A stretch of 64,000 nt of DNA from positions 8,618,001 through 8,682,000 of the forward strand of contig OX597833.1 of NCBI GenBank assembly GCA_951406725.2, written 5' to 3'. The notes beneath the pieces were generated by a model that made no database searches, was not told the DNA's origin, and saw only the letters and a program-made list of their open reading frames with translations. Shown in pieces: positions 1-11,640 of the stretch; position 1 is the stretch's first letter; every line of letters starts with the position of its first letter. Position numbers and translations under genes: made by a program. Source of the DNA: Octopus vulgaris. Taxonomy: Eukaryota.

Positions 1-222
1 ACAAACATGTATACATACGTACACATGCACATACATATATACACAAATATATGCATACATGCATGTGTGTGTGTGTGTGTATGTATTGAAACAGGAGATT
101 GGAAAAAATATTTATTATCTATTCACCATTACACATGTTTCATTTGGTAATAGGAATAACAAAACTGTACATGTTGGATAAACATGTAAGACATCTTTAG
201 AAATTCTTCAGATGGAAAATCA

Positions 223-271
<49 letters not shown>

Positions 272-312
272 TAGTATAATGTTGTGTGTGTCTATATATA
301 TATACGTATATA

Positions 313-716
313 TGTTGCCAGGGCCACAGATTGGCTCCCGTGTCGGTGACACATGAAAAGCACTATTTGAACATGATTGTTGCCAGCATCGCCTTACTGG
401 CACATGTGCTGGTGGCACGTGAAAGACAACATTCGAGTGTGGTCATTGCCAGTGCCGCCGGACTGGCTCCCGTGCAGATAGCACATAAAAGCACCTTTTG
501 AGCGTAGTCGTTGCCAGAACCGCCCGACAGGCCCTCGTGCCGGTGGCACATAAAAGCACCCACTACACTCTCAGAGTGGTGGGCGTTAGGAAGAGCATCC
601 AGCTGTAGAAACTTTGCCAGACCAGATTGAACCTGATGCAGCCTCTGGCTCACCAGTCTTCAGTCAAACCGTCCAACCCATGCCAGCATGAAAAGCAGAC
701 GTTAAATGACGATGAT
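313..716 (+). mobile_element. SINE-like retroposon family C (tandem ~65-bp head units, AGGAAGGGCATCC-type core, (GAT)n tail)
   Basis: Four head units (ttgccag at 315, 380, 446, 511), then the conserved core and the tail acgttaaa...gatgat. Flanked by (TA)n. Confidence 0.85.
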
Positions 717-2399
717 TATATATATATATATATATATATATATTCTTTTATGTGTTTCAGCCAGATGGCTGTGGTCATGCTGGAGCACCACAGATGTGCT
801 GAAGTTCACTACAACTGTTTCAGACATGTCTTTTATTGATGGACAAATCCATTACATTATGTAAAAACCCCGTTTTCTTCAGATGAATTGGAATTAAAAT
901 AAAATTTAATATTTAGGATTTTTCAGAGTATAGAATGAATGTGTGTGTAACGGGATTAACTAAACAAAATACAAACAGTTGTGTGTGTGTTTGAATTGGG
1001 ATGAAAAGGGATTAACAATAAAATATATTGAAAGGGATTAACTTGACACACGTGTTCTTCTCCATCATCTAATACAATAAAAAAAACCCACATACATTTT
1101 ATAGGCACTCAGATCAAATCATTTATAACATTTTTTGTACAGAAGAGAGAAGAAAATAGGAAAACGAAGAGAATCCTGAGAGTGAAAGTTCATTGATTCC
1201 TCATAGACGGCACACACACACACGTACACACACACACACATACATAGACACGCACACACACCACATGTGCGCGCGTCAATAACCTTGAGAAAAACCTGGC
1301 CCAATGTCTTCTCTTGAATTTATTACGTGACAGTTTGAGATAATGTAAGAAATACAATCCACACGTGAAACGAATATAGTTTAGAGTCTTTATCTTCCCG
1401 TCAACATTTTCTGACAAATCTCACAAGTGTTTTTCCTTTATATAAACATTAAAACTTGATTGTGGCTCCCTAGGAAATGCTTCTCAGTCAGTCGCAACGT
1501 CTGAGACGACGTCTGTTTAGCGAAGCAACTGTTTTAAAAGGTTTCCCAATGACGGCAACCTGTTAATTTAGTTCGCATTCATCACCAACCGCCGCATATT
1601 TCAGAGGTAAATACTTCTGACAAGAGAACTTTTCATAGTCAGTAGTCGAGTTTCTGGGCGGCCAGCCAGGCCAGCCAGCCAACCAGCCTGTCTATTTTAC
1701 TGACAGACTCAGGAATGTGGTGTAAATAAACTTCTAGATTTGCTTTACCTCTTTTCTTTTTTACGCAACTAATTACGACCGACCGCCGGATTCGAACCGC
1801 GGAACACCGCGTCGTAAAAGAGAGAAAGGGAGGAAACATTTGGATCTGAAGATAGAAGAAAAAAAAAAAAAAAAAACCCGGCACCTTACTGAGTGGGTCA
1901 CCTCCTGGGGTTTATTTTACCTAAATCTATCGAATTTGTATGTAATTAGTCGCTATTTTAAGAAGCAAGTAGTTTGCTGTTAATAACACACTACCCTCCT
2001 CATAGACGATGGCTTTTATTTCAGCTTCGTGTTTAACCTGTTGATGCATCTGAAAGAGAGAGAGAGAGAAATAAATGTTTGGCGAGTTTTATTAGTTGAT
2101 GATTGCCATTGCCTCACCCATCTGTTGAAAGTTGGAGCAGAAGGGAAAGATTTAAGTGTTCAGACGATGCGAAGAACAAAATGACTGACGCGAGGAGAAT
2201 TTTATTTTCTCTTTCTTGTTAAAACGAAAGGCAGAAAAATGTAGAGAATAATTTATGACAAAACACTTCTAACTATTGTAATAGGTTGGGATTTTTTTCC
2301 ATAACTTTTTAAACAAATGTCATAACTTCTCTTTCCTTGTCTGTCTTCGTTTTAATCTATCTACAAACATACAGCGACCACCTGTTTGTAAGGATATCT

Positions 2400-2575
2400 C
2401 ACAGGTAGCGGAATATATAACAGCTGCAGGGATATACCACAGGTAGAGGAAGAATAATATAACATACACCCCAGCGACAGTAATATAGAAGAGGTAGAGG
2501 AATGTACAACAGGTAGAAGGATATATTACAGGTGCAGAAGTCTATCACAGGTAGAAGAAGAATATATGACACAGC
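2400..2575 (+). repeat. Degenerate minisatellite with a recurring caggtagagga motif
   Basis: Repeated acaggtag(a/c)(g/a)gaa...ata units. Confidence 0.6.
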
Positions 2576-2689
2576 GACGGATGACAAGTTTATATTTTTT
2601 TTTAAATTACAAACAGTGAAAGAAAGTCAAGTTTTCTCTCCACCGAAAGAAAAGCAAAACTCTGGACAGACCTAAAAAAAAACAAAAAG

Positions 2690-3077
2690 ATAGCATCGCG
2701 GTTTAAAAAGCAACATCGCCGTCGAGGAGCGATTTATTTGCGCAGAGAAAGCGGTCGGTCGGACGGACGGACGGTTGGACGGTGGGTCGGTGGGTCGATT
2801 GAATCCATCGACGGCCGCCGCCGCTGCTGCTTCATTTCGTTGTCCCGAGACAAGATGAGCGGAATTTCTGTGTAGCTCTTGGCAAACGATGTAAACCGTT
2901 TAGTGAATCGGGGCCCGGGAAAAGCAAAGTTCCAGTAAAACTGTGTCCCCACATTGTCCAGTATGGTCATCCTATACACATCGAGAAGAATTATTTAACA
3001 GACACACGCACACACACACTGTCGATCATTCGAACAGAAAGGATTATTTATTTAATATTTATAGACATATTTCTATC
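2690..3077. promoter_or_regulatory. CpG-rich putative promoter/5' UTR of the receptor gene (possibly bidirectional)
   Basis: Dense CpGs and GC-rich tracts (ggtcggacggacgg, gccgccgccgc, cggggcccggg) in an otherwise CpG-poor window, immediately upstream of the ATG. Confidence 0.55.
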
Positions 3078-3165
3078 ATGGGATCTATTTTCCACGGATT
3101 TTTACGTTTGGTGGAGTTTACCTTCTTGGTCTACATGTTGATGTGGTCCTTCGCCCCTGTACAAG
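3078..3165 (+). CDS. Coding exon 1 of 7 of an uncharacterised type I membrane receptor (signal peptide)
   Basis: ATG at 3078 in a good context (atcATGG). Encodes MGSIFHGFLRLVEFTFLVYMLMWSFAPVQ+G, a hydrophobic core ending in V-Q-G (signal-peptidase -3/-1 pattern). Strong donor CAAG|gtaaga at 3165/3166, phase 1. Lies just downstream of a CpG-rich region. Confidence 0.8.
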
Positions 3166-4215
3166 GTAAGAAAAGATCCGGAGAACGACAGACGAGTTCG
3201 TTGTTTGGGGAGGATTAGGTTTTGCAGAGAAATTCATTTTCCTCAGCAACCATAAATAGGCATGTATGTATAGAAATTGTATGTGTGTATATTATGTACG
3301 TAAGAAAGAGATTGATGTTTTGCCCCAGGTCAGCCTTTATCAGGCAGTCCAAATCAGAACCTTTCCAACCATGCCATTCCCTCTTTTTTTCTCTCATCCA
3401 TTATTATATTTAACACTTCAAAATCTACAACATCCAATATATTCTTTACTCCGAAGACACTGGAGCAGTTGTTTTCAGATGGTGCACCACAAAGAAGTAC
3501 CAAGGTGTACCAGCACGGGGTGGATCGAGGTTTACTGTAAAGGGTACCTATGTGTGTGGTGTTAGGGTATCTGAATGTAAGTGGGGTATCTAGGCCTTCT
3601 GTAAAGAGTGTCGAGATGTTGCTGCAAGAGATATCTGGGTGTGCTTTAAGCGGGATCAAGGTGTTGCTGTAACAAGGGATAGCTGGCTCTGTTGTAAGGG
3701 ACATAGAAGTGTTACTCTAAGGGATGAGGTACCTATGTCTGTTTTAACCCTTTCGGCCTCGTTGGTACAAATAGTACAAGTCAAAAACTTTACAACCTAC
3801 GTGATGCAGTATAGTACCGCTCCGGTTTTTCTAGTATGTAGCGCCAGACGTATGATCGGAGGGTATGACACTTTAATGACAGCTCAAAAGGCTCGCATGT
3901 GGACAGACCCCCTGCCATTACCGATTTGAAAAAAAAACAAGGGTTAAAGGGCACTTGTGTGTGGGGGGGTTCTAAGAGATTTGAGGTGTTGCTGTCAGGA
4001 ATACCTATGTGTATAGTTACAAGAGGTTCATGGTTGCGAGGAAGAAACTACTTTAAGATATCAACACACATGAAATACCCGCGAATATCTTATCAAACAC
4101 GTTGTCGTTTTACTTCAGTTCAAATATAAAACAAACAATAGTTTCTCTATTCCATGATTTTATAAGAATTTTTTGATCTTTAAAATATTTGAGCCATGTT
4201 TGATTATATATATAT

Positions 4216-4421
4216 ACCGGAGTAAACACATAAATGTGAAACAAGGTGGAAAAAAGAATACTCAAATACCAGCAGTAGAGTAATATGCTTTATTTAAAAG
4301 CAGCAAAAAATTCAACAAAACCTGTTACTCTGAGTTTCCCGTTGCCGAGCTGTCCGACGAACGGGAACGTGAAACTCAGAGTAACAGGTTTTGTTGAATT
4401 TTCTGCTGCTTTTAAATAAAG
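4216..4421. mobile_element. Penelope-like element terminal-repeat (pLTR) remnant in inverted arrangement
   Basis: About 50-bp inverted arms (ctttatttaaaagcagc...ctgagtttc / gaaactcag...aaataaag) embedded in (TA)n. Carries a hammerhead motif. The same sequence recurs at 36703-36851. Confidence 0.7.
4350..4387 (+). ncRNA. Minimal type I hammerhead ribozyme motif (core mutated CUGA to CCGA)
   Basis: ctgt-CCGACGA-acg GGAA cgt-GAAA-ctc a gag-TA-acag, giving stem I, a GNRA-capped stem II and a palindromic stem III. Confidence 0.65.
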
Positions 4422-4505
4422 TATATATATATAGTGATAAAGTTTGTCTTGTTTTATTTTTTGTGTGAAATGTAACAGAAATATTTTAGTTTGGTCTAAA
4501 ATATT

Positions 4506-4716
4506 TGGCGGAATCGTTAGCGTGCTGGGCAAGATCGTCATTTCGCGGTATTTCGTCCCTCTTTAGGTTCTAAGTTCAAATTACGCTGAAGTCGACTTTG
4601 CCTTTCATCCTTTCGGGGTCCATAAAGAGAGTATCAGTTGAGCACTTGGGGTCGATGTAATCGACTTACCCTGCCCCGACCCCAAGGTGCTGGTCTTGTG
4701 CCAAAATTTGAAACCG
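4506..4716 (+). mobile_element. tRNA-derived SINE family B
   Basis: tggcggaatcgttagc head, B-box gttcaaatt and body gtcgactttgcctttcatcctttcggggtc. Copies also at about 15790-15990 (-), 47150-47280, 51971-52030, 61325-61533, 61647-61870 and 62225-62390. Confidence 0.8.
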
Positions 4717-5680
4717 ATATTTTAGTTTGGGCTTTTGTATAAAGACAACCACTGGACTGGGATGGGGTGGATTTGAGGGAGATTTGGCTGCTTTTTATAA
4801 CAGGTCGAGCGATTGCGTAGTAGAGTCTTTTGTTGTGTGTATGAAATAATTCTGATTAGGAAGAATTCGGTGTATTTATCAATAAAAGAGAAAACGTGGG
4901 TGTAAAGAATACATTAGTTTAATTATGGAAGAACAAAAACCATTTGTATACCATTTCTGTAAAACAGCAAAAAATGATAATGAAGGAATCAAAAACAGAA
5001 ATAATTAAATAAATAATAATAAATATGCAATTAGTAAATGAATGTAATTATACAAGTGATGTGTGTCAGTATGTATGCGAGCCCACCATGTTTTTCTTTT
5101 TCTTTTTTCATATTAAATTCTGATATAATAATCGTAATTTAGACCCACTGAAAGGGGTTCGTAGAAAGTTTCATCAAAAATCCCCGTTTTTCTGGAAGTT
5201 ATAAGGAAACAAAGCAAAGTTTTGTGAATTTTCCGAAACTCTTCTCGCCACTCCTCGGGAAAATTTGCTTTCACAACAAATCCTGATCTAACCAAAATTT
5301 ACACGATCTGAAGCGAATTTGTAGAACATTTTATATGAAAATATCCATTTTTCTGGAAGTTAGGAAAGAAACAAAATCAATGGGGCGTGGGGGGGGGGGG
5401 GGGTCTGGTGAGTTAATAAATAGTTTAACACCCGGCCACCAAAACAAAAGAAAAAAAAGTGTAATAGGTGGGGGGGGGGGGTGTAGTAAACGAATCTGAA
5501 AACCAAAATTTGCGCAAACAAACCGGGGGTGGGGGTGGGTGGGTGGAGAAGGACTTTCGGAAAATTCCCACGATCCGATTTTTTCCCTCATGACTTTCAG
5601 GAAAATGAACATCTTTTAATGAAATTTTATACAAATACATTTCAAGCGACACAGATTGTGATTATAAAGAAACACACAGA

Positions 5681-6437
5681 CAGGGTGCGATGGGTAATTT
5701 GTCACCATTTTATATTTTTAATTTCGTGCATGCACATTATTTTTGATTTTGTCGACTACACAGTTGAGTAGGGTCAGTTGGGCACTGTCTTTGAGTAAAA
5801 CAGCACCATGACGCAATTCACTCTGCTAGAGATTTATAGTGTTTGGGTGTCCATCTGAGGACATGTACTGAGAGTGATAAAAATCAAACATCCAGTCAAC
5901 ATAATGGTGTTTGGAGCGATCACTAATGATAGCAACATTGTGCCTCCATTCATCTTCCCACATGGCCTCAGGCTCAACATGGAGGCCTACATCAACTGCC
6001 CGGAGGATGTAGTGTTACTCTGGATTAAGAGGGTGGCAGCTGGAAAACCCTGTGTCTGATAACAGGACTCTGACCATGCTACACATGTAGGAGAACACAG
6101 TCATGGCTGTCAGAGAATTCCTGCAATCACATCACCACTAATATCTGGCCACTTAACTCCCCAGACTGCAACTCCCTTGATTATTATTTGTGGGGCGCAG
6201 TTGAGCAAGAGACCAACAAAACCAAAGATGAACTGAAGGCAAGGATTATGGCAGCATTGACCAACTTACACAAGGAGATCGTCCAGAAGAGTTACAGGAG
6301 ATTTTGATGTCGTTTGGAGGCCGTGCTTGAAGCCAATGGCGATTTTATTGAATGAATTTAATCTTTAGTCAAAATGAGATGTCAGTGTTATTTTCATATT
6401 TGTGTAATTTAGATGACAGTTTATTCCCCACACCCTC
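5681..6437 (+). mobile_element. Internally deleted maT (DD37D) Tc1/mariner transposon
   Basis: CAGGGTG...CACCCT(c) termini. Decayed transposase MVFGAIT...PPFIFPHGLRLN, homologous to 28115-29382. Confidence 0.85.
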
Positions 6438-6797
6438 TACATACACACTCCATTCCTCAGCAGCAGGGAAAAGACAATTTGCTGATGCCTCATAATCCTC
6501 TGCTCTCCCATGTGTCGTTTGTTCGCTTCAATTTCTGGGTCCCTTTCTGTAAATTCCTAGCTATCAAACACTTTTTTTCCTCCACAAGGTTCAGTAATTT
6601 TTGTTCAGTATCTCAATGGTGTGAAAAGCAAGGATTTGTTTATTTTATTGTCAGAATATGAAAGGCAAAGATCGTTTCTGTTTATAATCATTGCTATAAA
6701 ACAAGTTTAGATTACACATCTCTATTTACGCGTACCCACTGGTTTATTCATCTACACAGCACAACATATACTTTCTCAACTCATTCAAACATGATTT

Positions 6798-6867
<70 letters not shown>

Positions 6868-7606
6868 ATTAGGGAATAAATCCAAACTTACAGGGAAAAA
6901 TCAGATTTAGGATTAAATCCAATTTATACTATAAAATTGGATTTAATCCTAAATCTAAATATAAAATTATATATATATGTATGTACGTATATATATGTAT
7001 GTTGTGTGTGTGAATATCAGCTGGAAATAAGGTAAGACAACTGCTGTTCTGGTGACACTTACTGAGGTAGAAACGTAGGTACACAAATGTCCTTTTGTTT
7101 TCAAACAATCAGAGACTGTCTTTCACCTCAATGTCATATCTGTTCTGGAGAAGTCTTCAGTCTCAAAACTATCCACCTGTCTCATTTGGAATCAGAAGCA
7201 TTTACCTCCAACTGATTGTCCTACTCTTGCAATAAATTAAGAATTCTTATTGTACGGCATTTGATATACCTTTATTTAACTTCTTTGTTCAAATACCTGA
7301 CACTGGTCACTCTTATTCCTCTTAGTTTATATTTGTTGAATTCTTTAGTATTTGGATGTCAAGTTTAAAACATCAGCATCATCCTTCATTGTAGGGTGGG
7401 CAATAGGTGTTAATCATGTTTTGAACACTGTGACAATGGAATTATTTACTTACATAGCCCCCCCCTCCACACACACACACATTCAACTCATGCCAGCATG
7501 ATGGATGATACACACTCACACACACATACAAGAGCACTCACACACACTCCTGACACTAATACTCTATGATTTGAAAAGTAGAAATCTTTCTGCTTATATT
7601 ACACTA

Positions 7607-7990
7607 CTAGCAGTATCGCCCGGCGTTGCTCAGGTTTGTAAGGGAAATAACTATAAAGCATTTTTAGAGAGTTACAGCCAAAAAATAGCAAAAAAATGGG
7701 AAAAAAATGATGGTAAATTTTTTTTGAGAGTTAAAAAAGGTGGAGTTGCGTCCCCTAGACGGTCTGTGGTTTGGGTTTCTGATTCTCGACCCCATGTCGA
7801 ATTTATCGATTTTTTTCAGAACTGGGGGAACTTTTCAAAATTTTCGCTGCGTTAGTTTTGAATTATGACATTGGGCTATGTGTGTGTCAAGTTTCATCAG
7901 AATCGGTTGAAAGCCGTGATCAGAGTGAGGGTACGAGAAAACAGACACACAGAAAACGCACAGACAAACTGCCGTTTATATAGAGAGAGA
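7607..7990 (-). mobile_element. Non-autonomous Helitron
   Basis: Minus strand begins TC(tctctctatataaa) and ends ...gagcaacgccgggcgatactgCTAG with a subterminal GC hairpin. Inserted between A and T with no TSD. Confidence 0.8.
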
Positions 7991-9746
7991 TATTTAACAT
8001 ATATTTTTTTTTAAATGATAAAATAAGTCAAGGGAAATAACTCAAGTTGGCCAATGGTATGAAGAAGAGGGTGACATACTGGGCTGATGGGTGCAACACT
8101 CTTAATTGATTGACATTTTCCTGCTTGTTTGGAGCAAGAAAAAGAAAAACAAAGCAATTTAATATAATTTGGACTTCCACTTACAACCGAGGGTGTTAAT
8201 ATATATCGGCGGCGGCGGCGGTGGTGTTGGCGGCGGCGGTGGTGTTGGCGGCGGCGGTGGTGTTGGCGGCGGCGGTGGGGGTGGTTGGGGGGGTGAAAGG
8301 CAACAAGGAAATCATGTGTCGAATACTAAACCATTATTATTTAATTGGACAATGAATTGTGTGTGTGACACGATTGGCTCCAACCAGCTTCGTCTGGCAA
8401 GAGATGTCTGGTTATCAGTTTGTGCATGTAGGACATGGAGTAAGTCAGCGTTTGATAGTCTCAAAGAACTGAAGAAGAATTGTAACCAAGTTCCTTGGAA
8501 ATCATTGTTAAATACTAAAATTATGCAAAACAAATTTCAAAATGGAAAAGCAACGCTAATGATAGCGTTATCTTTGTCAGGCAACAATTATTTGAAGAAG
8601 CTTTGTAATAATGGTTAGTTCTTGCTGCTTCTAAATATACTTCATCAACTGATAACATTTCTATGGAATTTAATGGCCATTTATGACTCACAGAAGTCTC
8701 ATTCCATAACAACCTCCCAACACATTCTTGTTTTGTCAAAGACGATCCCTGTTTGAGACACCAGGGCCCACCTCTCCTCATCACTCACATTTAATCTTAC
8801 TTTCGCCAGTCGTGTCTTTTACCAACACAGCCACTCATTTCGCAAACTGTGGCACTTTCCTTTATTACAATGACTCACGAAACACAGTGAGATAAACTTT
8901 ACTTGATTTTTGTCATCTCTTCTGCCACACATGTGTGTGTGTGTGTATGCGTGTGTGTATGTGCGTGTGTGTGTGTGAGTATGTGTGTGTGTGTGCATGT
9001 CTGACTGTTGCAGCAAGTTTCTTCCTTTCAGAGTCATCAGGCTTCCCACTGTTTCCCAGCTAATATTTCTTGTGTGTCTCTGAAATATTTCTTCCCAATT
9101 CAGTTGGGTTCCATTTCACGACAAAGAAAACTGGGTGCAAAAAGGAAGCAAAGAGAAATAAGTGAGAGCAGCCACAGAATTATCCTCCATCGTTCCAACA
9201 ACAAGTTTGGCCACCATTTTAGACTCAACATCTCCATCATTCATGGACACGATTATGAAATAAGAAAATAAGAAAAATAAAGAAAAAGGCACACTACCCA
9301 GTTGTTAACTGTCAGGACACTGCATCCTTCAAAACTTCCATGCTTCACTGCCCCTGACATCCCTGTTGCCCCGTTTCCCCTTTCACTCATTTAACCCTTT
9401 AGAATCCAGACTTACTCTCCCATATGTAATTCTTATTTATTCACAATTTTTTTGAATTAATCATGCATCGTTTCATAGCTTTGATATTTCAATGATGTGA
9501 TGGTTTATAATTCGAATGACATTGTAGGGTAGGTGTGAGAGGCTGGATCTGGCCTGTTTGACCTTAAAGCAAGTCTGAAACGGCCAGTTTGTCTTTTATT
9601 GTGTGCTGCCCATAGACTTCTGGCTGCCACTGCTCTCTTTCTTTAACTTGACTTCTATCTTTGTTCCCTGTCCCTTATTTTAACTTATTCTGAGTCAGAG
9701 AGCACCTCAGCCCCGTTTATAACAAACACAATATTCTTTTCCTTTA

Positions 9747-10066
9747 CTGGCACTTGTGCCAGTGGCATGTGAAAAAACATTTGAGCGAGGTCATTGCCAG
9801 TGCTACTGGACTGGCTCCTGTGCAGGTGGCACATAAAAAACACCATTTGAGTGTGGCCGTTGCCAGTACCACCAGACTGGCCCTTGTGCCAGTGGAACGG
9901 AAAAGCACCCACTACCCTCTCGGAGTGGTTGGCATTAGGAAGGGCATCCAGCTGTAGAAACTCTGCCAGATCAAGATTCGAACCTGGTGCAGCCTTCTGG
10001 CTTGCTTGTCCTCAGTCAAATTGTCCAACCCATGCTAGAATGGAAAGCGGACATTAAACGATGATG

Positions 10067-10068
<2 letters not shown>
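9747..10068 (+). mobile_element. SINE-like family C copy
   Basis: Three head hairpin units plus core plus gatgat tail. Confidence 0.85.
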
Positions 10069-10113
<45 letters not shown>

Positions 10114-10331
10114 TGTGTGTGTGTTAGCCCTGTGATTCTCTCCTCCCTAAGATTCACAGAGCTGTATTAACATTGTGTTATGATATGTTAAAGTGTTCAG
10201 CTCATAACCATAATGATCTAAGTTCAATTCCAGAGTCAAGCACTGCCTTGGGTCCTTGAGCAAGGCACTTCATTATTTCATGTTGCTACTGTCTATTCAG
10301 CTACAAATAACAATCAATCAAAGACTGAGAT

Positions 10332-10382
<51 letters not shown>

Positions 10383-10739
10383 CTTCCTGTTGTCCCATCT
10401 CGGATGTGCCTCTGGGTCACAAAGTAGGAGATCTCAACCCCACAACTACATAGACCCTTAAAACAATTAGTAGAAGCATCATACAGGATATAAAACCAAA
10501 ACACATTTGTAGGTGGGAGGCTAGACTGGCTTGCCTTGTTTGTTTTTAGCCATAAAGAAAGAGTCTTGTCACCTGACATTATTAATAAATATATTTGTCA
10601 TTCTGTTTTTTAAAATGCCCCCCCCCCCCCCGCAACACTCTTGTTTTGAAGTGGAATAACAATGGGAAAAGAGAGAAAACAAAATTGAAGTTGAATATCT
10701 TTATTTTATTATTTTATTTGTCTGTGTATTGTGAAATAT

Positions 10740-10790
<51 letters not shown>

Positions 10791-11397
10791 GAAAGATAGA
10801 CTAGATTCTGCTGGTATGTTGTGAAAGCAGTTACACACACACACACACATTTGGAGAGAATGAATGAGGGAGAGAGAGGAGTAAATGAGAGTGTAATTAT
10901 GAGAGTGATTATACAAACAAGTAATTCTAGTTAAATTATTTTAAAGTAATAAATGTTTCTTTTTTGAAATTATTCTCCATTTCTTTGTTTTATATAAAAA
11001 CCAAGAAATTTGATAAAAGCTGGATTATAATCGTTGTATATACAATCACATACCCTCATATTACCCGAGGGTGGCAAAAATAGACTTCAAAGTTATCTGT
11101 TGTCATACGACAGGTCACACTCTAGTTATATAATATTGTTATTATTATTATTGTTATTGTTGTTGTTCAAACTAGGATGGCTACCATACCTATGTGTCTA
11201 CCTTTCCCAAAGTCACCACTGACTTCCATGATTCTATTGTGTGAGTGAGTGCAAATGCCTCTTGAAAGAGTAATGGAAGTGAGCTAGAATGTTAGAACTT
11301 AGTGCACATGCACAGCAGAGGGTTAGGGTCAAGTTTTGCCAAACGGCTTCACTCTGTGTGTTTTAGCTTCATTACTATGACAACAGTCCAGATATTT

Positions 11398-11632
11398 ATG
11401 GCACGTAAAAAGCACCATCCGACCGTGGCCGTTTGCCAGCCTCGCCTGGCCTCCATGCCGGTGGTACGTAAAAAGCACCCACTACACTCATTGAGTGGTT
11501 GGCGTCAGGAAGGGCATCCAGCCGTAGAAACATTACCAGATCAGACTGGGCCTGGTTGCAGGGTTTTGGCTTCCCAGACCAACCCATGCCAGCATGGAAA
11601 GCGGACGCTAAACGATGATGATGATGATGATA
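11398..11632 (+). mobile_element. SINE-like family C copy (5' truncated)
   Basis: Core ggaagggcatccagccgtagaaa and (GAT)n tail. Confidence 0.85.
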
Positions 11633-11640
11633 TATATATG

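Noticed and set aside
313-560. Repeat units with palindromes, superficially like a CRISPR or REP array
   Set aside because: The 'spacers' are homologous to each other (true tandem units), the array is part of a dispersed retroposon, the DNA is eukaryotic and there are no cas genes.
2734-2979. 81-aa minus-strand ORF in the promoter region
   Set aside because: No recognisable motif. Its openness is explained by the high GC content.
7050-7400. Possible Ty3/Gypsy RNase H remnant on the minus strand (LEVNASD)
   Set aside because: Too many stops and frameshifts to support without a database search.
8169-8618. 149-aa ORF with poly-Gly
   Set aside because: Driven by an 18-bp (ggcggcggcggtggtgtt)n repeat, with a non-ATG start, no domain and no supporting splice sites.
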